A stretch of DNA of 64,000 nucleotides from a virus. Position numbers and translations under genes: made by a program. Positions 28,548 to 38,047 of the stretch are shown here, piece after piece (within the stretch, counting starts at the first letter, position 1; each line of letters begins with the position of its first letter). The DNA lies in IMG/VR virus record IMGVR_UViG_3300036790_000231, positions 1-64,000 of that record; one strand, given 5' to 3'. The notes under the pieces were generated by a model. The model made no database searches. It saw only the letters and a list, made by a program, of their open reading frames with translations, and was not told the origin of the DNA.

Positions 28548-29693
28548 TCATAGTCCATCCCTTATTATAAATGATAAAGCAGGCTCTGCATTTACTATTA
28601 ACTCTTCTATTTCATTTGTTTTAAGTTCAGCAGCATCTCCTGAAGCATTGGTGACGATTCTTACATCTATGTGCGGATTAAGCATTTCTACGATTTTTTG
28701 CGTTCCCTTTTGGCCTGCTTGATCATTATCAAAATATACGATTATCTCACTGCAATATTTAATTATTAATTCCGCTTGAGTTTCAGAAAACTCACTGCCT
28801 GCCACGCCTAAAGCTTTCCAACCGCATTGATCCATTGCTATTACATTTAACTCACCCTCAACAACAACGGCAGAATACATATTATGTCCTTCAAAATCAT
28901 CAGGTTGATCTAATAGTCTATTCAGACCAAATACATATTCAGACTTTCTATATCTATCAAAACCATAATGGACTGATTTATAAGGAGTATCTCCAAGAAT
29001 AAGATATCTAGGATATGCAGGATTGTCCCTATATTGACGTCCCTTAAATCCTACCAGTCTTCCATTCTCATCTCTAATAGGAATAGTAATTCTATCTGTA
29101 TATTGATCATATCCAATTTCCCACTTATTTAAGATATCAGGATTAAATCCTCTATCATACATATATTTCTTGTAGTCAGGATAATTACTGCAACCACAGC
29201 ATTCTGGCCCTCCTACAGTGTTGCAATTGTCTCTATATGGTTCACACTCATAACACCAATATTTATTCTTCCAATCCATTCTAAACTTTTCAATCCAAGT
29301 TTCGCTAGGGAGAATAACTTTCATATCATTCACATTATCTAATATACCGTTATTCATAATCTTTTCTACCTCGACGCTTAAATCATCTATAGGGGATTTT
29401 AATTCCCCTCCATATCTTTCTTCTAATAAACGTCTAGCTTCAGTTTCTGGTATTTTTTTATACCAAGAAAGAAATGATATAGCATTTCCCTTACGACCGC
29501 ATGAGTGGCACACAAAAAGTGTAGTATTTATATTCATTCTTGCGCTAGGATTTATATCTCCATGTATATGATCTTCGCTAGGACAACTAAAATTGCACTC
29601 TGATCCCGTTACACTAATTTTTTGTATGCCAGTTGATTCGAGCAGATCCTTAACATCAACATACGACAGATCTAGCAATTCTTTTCTTTTCAC
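28548..29693 (-). CDS. dnaG: DnaG-type primase
   Basis: CP..H..D.NPS...CHSC Zn finger, RITIPIRD..G.LVGFKGR, TOPRIM VVEGE and FDNDQAG. Confidence 0.92.
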   Translation of the reverse strand: MKRKELLDLSYVDVKDLLESTGIQKISVTGSECNFSCPSEDHIHGDINPSARMNINTTLFVCHSCGRKGNAISFLSWYKKIPETEARRLLEERYGGELKSPIDDLSVEVEKIMNNGILDNVNDMKVILPSETWIEKFRMDWKNKYWCYECEPYRDNCNTVGGPECCGCSNYPDYKKYMYDRGFNPDILNKWEIGYDQYTDRITIPIRDENGRLVGFKGRQYRDNPAYPRYLILGDTPYKSVHYGFDRYRKSEYVFGLNRLLDQPDDFEGHNMYSAVVVEGELNVIAMDQCGWKALGVAGSEFSETQAELIIKYCSEIIVYFDNDQAGQKGTQKIVEMLNPHIDVRIVTNASGDAAELKTNEIEELIVNAEPALSFIIRDGL

Positions 29694-30102
29694 AAGTTAT
29701 ACACCTTCTGCGTCCATTATCCCATCTTGTATTATTTTCATCAAAAGCGTGACCATATTTGCAGTGTGTCTTTCTTTTATTTATAGCTGAAGGGGAATTA
29801 GATAGTGCATTATTATCAGTGTTACTTATGCACATGAGATGATGAGGATTGACACAGGACGGGTTATCACATCGATGATGAACTTGATAGAAAGGTGGTG
29901 ATAAAATCCATCCCCATCTTAATAAAAATGAGAAACGATGCGCCTTGATAGATTTTCTTTTACCTCCCGTGAAATTACCATATCCCTTAGCGTCTTTACT
30001 TCCTGTCCATATCCAACATTTTGTTCCTAATTTAGATATTGGACCATCTTTATTTACCTTCTTCCAAAAAAGTAAAACTCTTAAGGGATTTTCTACTTCC
30101 AT
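29656..30102 (-). mobile_element. free-standing HNH homing endonuclease
   Basis: FWKKV, CWIWTG, GYG, AHR, VHHRCDNPSCVNPHHL, KTHCKYGH. Confidence 0.9.
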
Positions 30103-30105
30103 TTT

Positions 30106-31383
30106 TCATGCATATCCTTTATCAAAATTATGAGAGACATCTTCTACTCCATCCCAAGGTCTAAAATACATTCGTTCAGGTTCCCATAGCATTGCCGACT
30201 CAGCAATCGAACTACTTCTACTCTTAACTAATCTCATAATCATTTTATTTTCTAGCTTTAATTCTTCATTTTGTTTCATCCCTATATATACATCAGATGC
30301 TTGCAATACGGAAATAGAACCGCCTACATTGCTCTCAGTAGAACCATCATCGGCCGATCCTCGCGTATCCTGACTGACCATAATAATTACTGACTCGGTA
30401 GAAAGAGCAATGGACTTTAATTCATTAGTTATCTCTACTAAACTCTCCCATTTGGCCATACTCGCGCGATGTGCCTTCATCAGTTGAACATAATCAACGC
30501 ATGTGATAGCTGGCTTATACCGATTGATTTCTGCGTACACTCTATCAATCGTACATGCTCCTAACTTATCTGCAATGATCAGATCATTATCTGAATCTTT
30601 ATAACTATTAGCAACTAGTCTCCATTTTTGAATAGCATCATCAGACAGCTCTCGCTTTCTCAACATCCGATGCGAGAAATTCGTCACCATAGTGTCAAAG
30701 CGATCCATGATTTGACGACGGCTCATCTCAAGAGATAAAAGCAGCCCAGAATAGCCTTGATTTAGAGCGTTTGCTAAAAAGAGCTGTGAACTCAGACTCT
30801 TTCCGCGACCTGAGAAACCAGCAATAGTGACCACATCTCCCGGCTGAAATCCCTCTGTTAAATCGTCAAATAGAGGAATACCCATCTTGATTCCGGTAGA
30901 AATGCCTTCTGCCTTGTCTACTTCATATTGGTCGATCCTCTCGGCCATTTCTGCGCGAAATCTGGAGACTTGGCCAGAGGGGACCGTAGCCGCCAAATCT
31001 CGTGCAGCATCAAGCATCAACTCGTCTACATGATTCCTTAAATCCCTTTTACCGGACTTAAATTCACGTGCATATTCTGCAAGCTCCAATACCTTAGATT
31101 CAAACTTCCTGCGCTTTGTTTCCGCAAGAAACTCATCTATTAGAGCCTCTAAGGGATCTTCAGTAACTTCTCCACGCCAACTAGGAAAATTATTTCTTAC
31201 CAGTGATATAGAAGGTGCAATAGAATATTTCCTAGTATGTTTTGAAACCCAATCAAAAATTTCTGAGCATTCTTGGCCCGATTGGGTTTGCGAAAAATGC
31301 CTTGATTCTATTCCCCTAGAAAGTAAATTAGCTATTTGCCCAGAGGAAATAGCACTTGAAAGGAGCGCCCTCTCGGAATCCAT
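30106..31383 (-). CDS. dnaB: DnaB-like replicative helicase
   Basis: GFSGRGKS, SLEM, VDYVQLM, VSQ, KSR. Confidence 0.93.
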   Translation of the reverse strand: MDSERALLSSAISSGQIANLLSRGIESRHFSQTQSGQECSEIFDWVSKHTRKYSIAPSISLVRNNFPSWRGEVTEDPLEALIDEFLAETKRRKFESKVLELAEYAREFKSGKRDLRNHVDELMLDAARDLAATVPSGQVSRFRAEMAERIDQYEVDKAEGISTGIKMGIPLFDDLTEGFQPGDVVTIAGFSGRGKSLSSQLFLANALNQGYSGLLLSLEMSRRQIMDRFDTMVTNFSHRMLRKRELSDDAIQKWRLVANSYKDSDNDLIIADKLGACTIDRVYAEINRYKPAITCVDYVQLMKAHRASMAKWESLVEITNELKSIALSTESVIIMVSQDTRGSADDGSTESNVGGSISVLQASDVYIGMKQNEELKLENKMIMRLVKSRSSSIAESAMLWEPERMYFRPWDGVEDVSHNFDKGYA

Positions 31384-31406
31384 ACTTTCCTTTCTTTGGC
31401 GCTTAT

Positions 31407-32192
31407 CTATCTCTTTCCAACAACTACTCTAATGTCTTCTTTTCTATCCTTAATTCCATATACAATAGGAAATCCAGTATCTCTAATCTTCTCCATTACT
31501 ACCTCACCCATATTGCCAAACTTACCAACCTCAAGAGCAATCACTTGGACATATTTTCTTTTCTTAACTTCTGACAAAAGTCTGTTAATAAGTGCGTATC
31601 CATCATCTCCTCCCCACAAAGAAATATCAGGTTCATTATTCACCATCTCAGATGGATATGAATCGATCTTTTCTTTTGGAAGATAAGGTAGATTAGCAGT
31701 TATTGCATAGTAAACATCCGAGGTATTTTCTAATAAATTGCTATGCTTAATATTAATAGGCAAATGTAAATTTTCTGAATTTACATAGGCTAAATCCAAA
31801 GCATCCTTACTAATATCCGATACTGTTACCTCAATATCAGGACGCTCATGCTTTACAGCCAACGCAACTGCTCCAGAACCCGTCCCTACATCCAACAACC
31901 TTACATTTGCTGGAATATCAAGAATAGGCTCTACAAGTAATTCAGTCTCTATACGAGGAACTAATACTCTGTTATCAATAGATAGATCAAGTCCTCTGAA
32001 CTTGCTTTTACCAATTATATAAGCTACAGGTTCCCTTTCATTAATTCTTCTACTAATATATGTATTAAGCTGGATATCATTTTCAGCTGATTCAAAAAGT
32101 TCTTCGGTTTCTTTCCTAGGATTTTCTCCTTCAAGATTTGTAATGGCTTCAACAGTAGAATCAAAAACAGAACTATCAACAACGGTATTCAA
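31407..32192 (-). CDS. prmC: release factor glutamine N5-methyltransferase (HemK/PrmC)
   Basis: RR..REPVAYIIG..FRGL, VLVPRIETELLV, LDVGTGSG, ANLPY, EP..SL.GG.DG, LEVG, KD....RVV. Confidence 0.92.
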   Translation of the reverse strand: MNTVVDSSVFDSTVEAITNLEGENPRKETEELFESAENDIQLNTYISRRINEREPVAYIIGKSKFRGLDLSIDNRVLVPRIETELLVEPILDIPANVRLLDVGTGSGAVALAVKHERPDIEVTVSDISKDALDLAYVNSENLHLPINIKHSNLLENTSDVYYAITANLPYLPKEKIDSYPSEMVNNEPDISLWGGDDGYALINRLLSEVKKRKYVQVIALEVGKFGNMGEVVMEKIRDTGFPIVYGIKDRKEDIRVVVGKR

Positions 32193-32207
32193 GGGACTTC
32201 TCTCCTT

Positions 32208-32558
32208 TTATGGTATCAAACGACCTTGTTCACTTTGTCTAATCATATTGTGAACTGTTTCTCTATCTTCAGCAACTGCCTGCTCGCAAAGTTTCTGTGT
32301 CTCATGGATTTCTTTTGTAATAAAAGACTTCTCCTCATCAGTTATTCCAATTTGTGGATCTATGTATCTAACTACAGTAATAGGTCCAACAACAATATTG
32401 GCATATTGTCTAGTTGGTATTAACTCAGCAGCAGAAACACTAATTCTTATTAGAGGATAACCATTTGAATTCACAGGAATATGATTATCAATATTTAATG
32501 AATCTCTTTCAGCAGTATTAGCTGCTACTTGAGCTTGCTGTCTCTCTTCTGCCATCAA
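32208..32558 (-). CDS. hypothetical protein
   Basis: IPTRQYANIVVGP motif; GAGGAG RBS. Confidence 0.7.
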   Translation of the reverse strand: MMAEERQQAQVAANTAERDSLNIDNHIPVNSNGYPLIRISVSAAELIPTRQYANIVVGPITVVRYIDPQIGITDEEKSFITKEIHETQKLCEQAVAEDRETVHNMIRQSEQGRLIP

Positions 32559-32763
32559 TTATCTCCTCAATTATATCATTATCTAATACTTTTTCCAGGA
32601 AAGTTTTTAAATCATTAATACTATCCGCAAGATAGATATGAGAGTTTGCAATAGAAGCATTCAATAAAGTATCAGGATCGAACTCCTCATTCTCATCGGC
32701 CGTATTAAAAGCCTTTTTCAGATACTTAACTGCTTGCCATCTATTGAAATTTCCATCAATCAT
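32518..32763 (-). CDS. hypothetical protein
   Basis: First ORF of the replication operon; GAGGT RBS. Confidence 0.6.
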   Translation of the reverse strand: MIDGNFNRWQAVKYLKKAFNTADENEEFDPDTLLNASIANSHIYLADSINDLKTFLEKVLDNDIIEEIIDGRRETASSSSS

Positions 32764-32928
32764 TTATACCTCATAGTTTGCTTATTTTACGTTGCTTCTA
32801 CCTATACTCTATCACATCGAGACGCTCGTGGGCTTAGTTACAAATGTTACAATGTATCCAAAATTGAGCTATTTAGATTTGCCAATTCTTAGCATTCAAG
32901 CCATTTCAAGAAGATTCGATAGAGGAGC

Positions 32929-32957
32929 TTGCATCTTCATTTCAAAGCTGTTATAGT
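32929..32957 (+). promoter_or_regulatory. housekeeping-sigma-type promoter
   Basis: TTGCAT-N17-TATAGT. Confidence 0.65.
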
Positions 32958-33004
32958 TGTTCTTAGGCGTGCAAAAACACAAATCCAGTAGGAGCATATA
33001 TTCA

Positions 33005-33370
33005 ATGAGTGGTTTCGTTTTGAAGCTTGCGGAAGAACACCGCGATCTTCTCAAGAAAGAAATTGAGACAAAGGTTGGAAGCCAGCTTTCTGATCTTGAG
33101 TCTGTTGAATCGGAAATTAAGAAGCTGAGTCGTAAAAGTGGTGGTACGACAGGAACTACGGCTCCTGCAACCCCCGATGCAGTCCTAGTTGAAGCCGTTG
33201 ATAAGCTTTCAAAGGACGGCGCAGTAAAGGCTAGCGATATTGCTTCTCATCTCGGCGTCGATTCGCGCTCCATTGCTCGCAGGCTGAGCAACTTCGCGAA
33301 GGATGGCGTTCTTGGTGGGGATAAGGAGTCCGGTTACATTACCGGCGAAGGTCTGCCAGCAGCGGCCTAA
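33005..33370 (+). CDS. coiled-coil plus winged-HTH DNA-binding protein
   Basis: AGGAG RBS at 32990; ASDIASHLGVDSRSIARRLS HTH; the only convincing + strand CDS in the phage block. Confidence 0.8.
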   Translation: MSGFVLKLAEEHRDLLKKEIETKVGSQLSDLESVESEIKKLSRKSGGTTGTTAPATPDAVLVEAVDKLSKDGAVKASDIASHLGVDSRSIARRLSNFAKDGVLGGDKESGYITGEGLPAAA

Positions 33371-33380
33371 TAAGTAGTTC

Positions 33381-33421
33381 AGAGGGGAAGGTCAAATCCA
33401 TACGGGCCTTCCCCTCTTTTT
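33381..33421 (+). terminator. intrinsic terminator
   Basis: AGAGGGGAAGG.../...CCTTCCCCTCT followed by a T run. Confidence 0.75.
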
Positions 33422-33439
33422 ATGTAGTATTTGAATCAT

Positions 33440-33523
33440 GGCAGCGTGCCCAAACTGGTAAAGGGACCTCGTTTAAGCCGAGGCGGCTTCACGGCCTTGC
33501 GAGTTCGACTCTCGCCGCTGCTA
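33440..33523 (+). tRNA. tRNA-Leu (anticodon TAA)
   Basis: Acceptor GGCAGCG/CGCTGCT plus A73, D arm CCC/GGG with TGGTA, anticodon arm CCTCG-TT TAA GC-CGAGG, long variable arm, T arm GCGAG-TTCGACT-CTCGC; CCA not encoded. Confidence 0.93.
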
Positions 33524-34015
33524 CTCATATATCTTACTTCTATTGAGCTGTATATCTCTTTCGGCATTTTTCTTTGCCGTCCATTTGAACCAAGTGGTTC
33601 CCTGATGACAAATCTGATCTACATCGGATACTCCACTATACTTCATTGATCTTCCATTTATAAATGTTCTCTTTATTGATAATCTACGAACAGTATACTC
33701 CCACTTAAATATTCTAACTTTATTAAATTCTTTTATTACTCCACCTTCGGCTGCCGTTAAATTAAGTTTATTAATTTCTTTTCTATAATTATTTTTTGAT
33801 TTCATATCTATAACAGTACAATAATCATCCTCGCATATCCAACCATTATCAAAAGCATCTAACTCACAGTACTTTGAATGACTTCCTTTATAGAAAGTAT
33901 TCATTGTCACTCCAGGACCAGTCGGCCTATTTTCATGCTTCCAATCATTACCAAGTTTTTTAGCAATTTCTTCTGCATTACCTGTTAAGAAACTCAACAT
34001 TATATCCTTTCGCAT
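33521..34015 (-). CDS. hypothetical protein
   Basis: 164-aa ORF downstream of the helicase; its stop overlaps the tRNA 3' end. Confidence 0.6.
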   Translation of the reverse strand: MRKDIMLSFLTGNAEEIAKKLGNDWKHENRPTGPGVTMNTFYKGSHSKYCELDAFDNGWICEDDYCTVIDMKSKNNYRKEINKLNLTAAEGGVIKEFNKVRIFKWEYTVRRLSIKRTFINGRSMKYSGVSDVDQICHQGTTWFKWTAKKNAERDIQLNRSKIYE

Positions 34016-35417
34016 TATATATTTTATGCATACGCTCTCTAAATTGTCCTCTTAGCAATGACGTATCTACATCTCTGAAATCATATACTATTGCATCCTT
34101 CTTTTTTGGAGAAGTTCTCATAATTCTCCCAATAGCTTGCTCGAATCCTCTAACTTTTCTTCCCGGATAAGTTAGAAACAATCTATTCAAACAAGGAATA
34201 TCTGTTCCCTCCTCAATAAGAGTCGAGAAAAGAATTGATCCTTGATATCCATTTTCTATTGAATCTTTTATTTCTTGAGTCCTATCTGAATTATCTCCAG
34301 TAAGAATATGTAATAAAAAATGACCTACTACCTCTTCAGGAATCATATTTATCATTTCATCCAAATGATTCTTTCTTTTAGATAATATAATACAATGATT
34401 CTTATTTTCTATCGCCTCAGATAGAGCATAATTCACAATTAATTCATTTCTATCTACATCTTTTTCTAAATATTTCATCATTGAATTATAGTTGTTTCTG
34501 ACTATTCTTCCGAATACCTTTTTAGTAGGATGATAATCAAAATCAAATTTAGTATCCACTACCTTGATCGATGGGATCACAAGGGCCTCCTTGGCATCGG
34601 AGAGAGAGGTATCTGCAATGATTGGACCAATTACTGCTTTTACTAAATCCCAACGCGCGGGATCGCTGTCAGGAGTGGCCGAACAGCCAAAACGATAATA
34701 AGCAGGAAAACGCTGAATTAGATCAAAAGAGGAATCGGCACCTGCATGGTGAGCCTCATCATACACAACCATTCCAAATCGTTTATACCAATCATCATCT
34801 AATTCATCAACATGATTCCAGACAGATTGACGAAGAGCAATAACAAGTTGAAATTCGTCATTCCAATATCCATCACCAATTACACTAACTGCCTTAATAC
34901 CTATTTCATTGGCTGCAATCACCCATTGAGAAACTAAATCCTTCTTTTCTACAAAAACAATTGTCTTCTGCTGACAATCTCGAATGATTGAAAGCATAGT
35001 TCTCGTCTTGCCGCTTCCAGTAGGCGCACGATAAACTCCATTAGCATAATGAATAAGTTTTTCTTTAGCAGTTTTTTGATATGATCTCAAGCCAATTTCT
35101 AAATGGTTAGACCTATAGTTTTCCCGATGTATTAATCCAGAATAATCCCAATCAATCTCTATATCATTATCTTTTAATATCTTTTCAAATGCAAAAACGA
35201 ATCCTCGCGGAAGAATTAGTTCATCATTATTGTTATATTCCCAAAGAAATATATAATCAGGAAGATTCTCTGCTTCCCAAAGATGCTCTCTTAGCGCTAA
35301 TTTCTTAGCCGGATTTACAATAGTGAGATGACTAAGGATTTTCTCTAATATATTTGAGCTAAGCTGCTTGCGATCCAAATGAATCTTAGAATCAATCGTC
35401 GCCTCAATCTTCTCCAT
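33978..35417 (-). CDS. SF2 DEAH-box helicase
   Basis: LRSYQ, APTGSGKT, DEAHH, SATP, EGTDIP, QAIGRIMR. Confidence 0.92.
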   Translation of the reverse strand: MEKIEATIDSKIHLDRKQLSSNILEKILSHLTIVNPAKKLALREHLWEAENLPDYIFLWEYNNNDELILPRGFVFAFEKILKDNDIEIDWDYSGLIHRENYRSNHLEIGLRSYQKTAKEKLIHYANGVYRAPTGSGKTRTMLSIIRDCQQKTIVFVEKKDLVSQWVIAANEIGIKAVSVIGDGYWNDEFQLVIALRQSVWNHVDELDDDWYKRFGMVVYDEAHHAGADSSFDLIQRFPAYYRFGCSATPDSDPARWDLVKAVIGPIIADTSLSDAKEALVIPSIKVVDTKFDFDYHPTKKVFGRIVRNNYNSMMKYLEKDVDRNELIVNYALSEAIENKNHCIILSKRKNHLDEMINMIPEEVVGHFLLHILTGDNSDRTQEIKDSIENGYQGSILFSTLIEEGTDIPCLNRLFLTYPGRKVRGFEQAIGRIMRTSPKKKDAIVYDFRDVDTSLLRGQFRERMHKIYNAKGYNVEFLNR

Positions 35418-35423
35418 CTAGAC

Positions 35424-35452
35424 ATTGTAACACGTCATTATTTTTAATGCAA
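35424..35452 (-). promoter_or_regulatory. leaderless housekeeping-sigma-type promoter
   Basis: TTGCAT-N17-TACAAT, 6 nt before ATG 35417; no SD. Confidence 0.7.
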
Positions 35453-35851
35453 GCCTTCAGGATTAGGTCCAATATGAGCAATTTTTTCACAATTAGTAGG
35501 AGCTAATTTTTTTAACTCAAATTTATATAATTTTTTACCAACTCTGATCTCTTCTGGGCTAGCAAGAAGCTCATGTTTTTTCAAAAGTATTATATCTTGT
35601 TCATATCCAGTTTCATCTATATCTCTCAAAATACTCTTTATTTTCTGAGTTTCTTCGCATTGAATAAAACTTCTTTCTTGAGAAGCTGGCCTAGCTTTTA
35701 AAAGATAGTTGGTAATTCTATCATTCTCGTGTATTAAAGCTACTACAAGAAAAGCAATTACTATCATGCAAATTAAAACCGCTATTGAAATTGGATTCTC
35801 TTTACAAAACCTTTTCAAAAAGTTTGCTCTAGCTCTCATAATACTGTACAT
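35444..35851 (-). CDS. single-TM membrane protein
   Basis: ISIAVLICMIVIAFLVVALI segment. Confidence 0.65.
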   Translation of the reverse strand: MYSIMRARANFLKRFCKENPISIAVLICMIVIAFLVVALIHENDRITNYLLKARPASQERSFIQCEETQKIKSILRDIDETGYEQDIILLKKHELLASPEEIRVGKKLYKFELKKLAPTNCEKIAHIGPNPEGLH

Positions 35852-35948
35852 CAGATCACCCTAACAATTTCACCTATACAAAGAAGAGTCAGAAAAAAGC
35901 CAGTTACTAATAAGGTTATTTTGAAATCAGACCAAAACTGTCCACGTT

Positions 35949-36227
35949 TTATTGGACGCTTTTTGTTTTGTTTTCTGTTAGTTCGTGATCTGATGGGGTA
36001 GGAGCTAAATGCTCCAAACTCTCCGTAGCTTTCATTATTCGCCGGAAAGAATCCAACCAAAGCGCTGGAGGTACTGAAATGAACCACAGCCCCAGGAGGA
36101 CAATTATCCACTGAGCGTCCGTTACCTGAAATATCTCCCGATACTCTATATATAGACCTATCCCTATGGAAGCCAATCTTACTACGGTATTTACCGCCGT
36201 TTTTAAATATCCCAATAATTTTATCAT
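35949..36227 (-). CDS. two-TM membrane protein (holin-like)
   Basis: Two hydrophobic helices; GGAG upstream; more plausible than overlapping ORF 35851..36231. Confidence 0.55.
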   Translation of the reverse strand: MIKLLGYLKTAVNTVVRLASIGIGLYIEYREIFQVTDAQWIIVLLGLWFISVPPALWLDSFRRIMKATESLEHLAPTPSDHELTENKTKSVQ

Positions 36228-36243
36228 TCATTATAACTCCAAC

Positions 36244-36296
36244 AAAAAAAGCACGACATAATTTTCCCCTTTCTCTTTGAGCCGCCTATGCCGTGC
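36244..36296 (-). terminator. intrinsic terminator ending the tail operon
   Basis: GCACGGCATA/TATGTCGTGC stem plus T7 on minus. Confidence 0.75.
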
Positions 36297-36303
36297 TCTA
36301 TTT

Positions 36304-36675
36304 TTATACTAATGGAAATAACTTATTGTCAAAACTAAATACTGTTTCTAAAGTAACAGCTAAGCTAATCTCTATTTTTCCTTCCGTATTTATTATAAAA
36401 TCTCCTATTACTCCACCTATATTTGCATCAATTAATTGTTGCTTTGTTGGATGATATCCTGAAGGTAATTTGGCAATTGCAGCTTCTTTAGATACAGCAC
36501 CAGATGATTTAATTACGCCTCTTAAATAGACTATTCCATTCGATCCCAATGAACATTCTGCATTTGAATATGGTGTTCCTTTATTAGAAATTCCAGTTTC
36601 TAATGTAATAGCTTTCCATTCTCCTAAAGAAGAGCTTCCTACTCTAGACCCACCAGAGCTAGCCATAAAATACAC
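36304..36675 (-). CDS. tail fibre C-terminal-type domain protein
   Basis: W..ITL..G, GIVYLRG, IAKLPSGYHP. Confidence 0.7.
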   Translation of the reverse strand: MYFMASSGGSRVGSSSLGEWKAITLETGISNKGTPYSNAECSLGSNGIVYLRGVIKSSGAVSKEAAIAKLPSGYHPTKQQLIDANIGGVIGDFIINTEGKIEISLAVTLETVFSFDNKLFPLV

Positions 36676-37018
36676 ATCCTTCGACTTCGCCGCTGACTAT
36701 TTCCAAATATATTGCATCATTATAAATAGTCGGTGTCTCTACGGGGAAAAAGTCTCTAGTAGATTCATTACTTTCTAGTGTAATAGTAGTTATGTAATAT
36801 CCCGCATTAGAAGTTCCATCCCACAGGCGCACCTTTGCCTTTGCATCTCCTGTAGACTCTGTTATTGTCCATCCATAAATAGTAGATACTGATTGAACTT
36901 TTGCTTCTTCTTCGCCAACTTTCTCATGATTAGGAAGTGGAGTTTCACCAGCTTTGACCAGCACCGCTGAGGCGGAGATCGCCGGATAGAATGGTGCTCT
37001 AAGGGCCTGTGATGCCAT
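36659..37018 (-). CDS. small virion accessory protein (hypothetical)
   Basis: beta-rich pattern IYGW.ITE...VRLWDGT; GGAG RBS. Confidence 0.6.
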   Translation of the reverse strand: MASQALRAPFYPAISASAVLVKAGETPLPNHEKVGEEEAKVQSVSTIYGWTITESTGDAKAKVRLWDGTSNAGYYITTITLESNESTRDFFPVETPTIYNDAIYLEIVSGEVEGCVFYG

Positions 37019-37060
37019 CTTGTCTCCGAGTCGTTCGTTTAGATCTCTGTACTACTGAGG

Positions 37061-37089
37061 AGTCTACCTCATTTCGGCCCGTTCTGGAG
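37061..37089 (-). promoter_or_regulatory. putative late promoter
   Basis: GGGCCGA-N7-TAGACT, similar to the terS upstream site. Confidence 0.4.
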
Positions 37090-37120
37090 AATTTGTAAGA
37101 TAACAACTATTTAGATAAAT

Positions 37121-38047
37121 TCATGTGGGAGAAATAACATTAAAAGAGAATGAGCAATTTTTCAATACGCCTATTTCCTTATAAATATAAACAACAAACA
37201 AACCTTTTTCAGTAAATGTAACGGCATGATAATCAACACCTGCCGCTCTTGGCGTGGCAACGGCTGAATAAAATTCTGTACTTTTTGCAGTATGCCAAGT
37301 AATTTTATAAATTCCAGTTGAAGTTTTTTCTGAGGTGAATTCATTTTCTTGTTCGCTTAAAATTTCGCCATTTTCTCCAATCACGCCAAAATATGAATAT
37401 ATGCTTCTAGCACCAAATTTTCTACGTACTGTTCCTTCACCTAGCTTTTCACCTGTAACAGCTCCATCCAAGATAGCTTCACCGTGTATTGATTCTCTTG
37501 CATATTTGCTATTAGCAAAAGTTCTTGCATCTTCTATATAATATGAGGACGAAGAAGATGCATTTTTAGGAACCAACACGCGAGCGCATCTGAAAGAACT
37601 TTGAGGCAATGCCGCAGCCCCTTTATATTCTCCATTTTCCATTTTTGTCTTAGTTGCTTCCGCAGTAGGAGTACCATTCAGCCATTCCAATTTGGCATAG
37701 CTAGAACCTCCAATTTTCAATTCATTTACATCATAAACTCTAAGAATAATTTGGGCTATTTGTGGATTGACAGAACTTACTTCTACATTGTTAGATGGTG
37801 TAGCTGATGTAGAATTTGGAATCTCATATAGTCCATTATAAAATGAATTAGATGATTCTTGAATAGCATTAGTTTGAGCTACATAGGCATTCCCCTCATT
37901 TACGTTAACTTGAAGACCGGTTCCGGCAGTTACTTTATAATCATTTTCTTCGACTACTCCTGCATTAACTAAAGTCTTTGCTATTAATCTATCCTGATAG
38001 GAAGGATAGAGAAGGTCTTCACAATCAGCAGGCAATAAAATAGACAT
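37121..38047 (-). CDS. minor tail protein / fibre
   Basis: GLQVNV..G.AYV, GTP, LP..S...ARVLVP.....I.DAR N-domain; ILDGAVTGEKL repeat; beta C-domain. Confidence 0.75.
   Translation of the reverse strand: MSILLPADCEDLLYPSYQDRLIAKTLVNAGVVEENDYKVTAGTGLQVNVNEGNAYVAQTNAIQESSNSFYNGLYEIPNSTSATPSNNVEVSSVNPQIAQIILRVYDVNELKIGGSSYAKLEWLNGTPTAEATKTKMENGEYKGAAALPQSSFRCARVLVPKNASSSSSYYIEDARTFANSKYARESIHGEAILDGAVTGEKLGEGTVRRKFGARSIYSYFGVIGENGEILSEQENEFTSEKTSTGIYKITWHTAKSTEFYSAVATPRAAGVDYHAVTFTEKGLFVVYIYKEIGVLKNCSFSFNVISPT

Noticed and set aside
30050-30110. Start duplication at the HNH/primase locus
   Set aside because: A relic ATGA mini-ORF follows dnaB, but similarity to the primase start is too weak.
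33431-33649. 72-aa + strand ORF
   Set aside because: Overlaps the tRNA-Leu gene and a minus-strand CDS.
35851-36231. 126-aa ORF overlapping 35949..36227
   Set aside because: Alternative frame; only its hydrophobic 3' end may be a real small gene.
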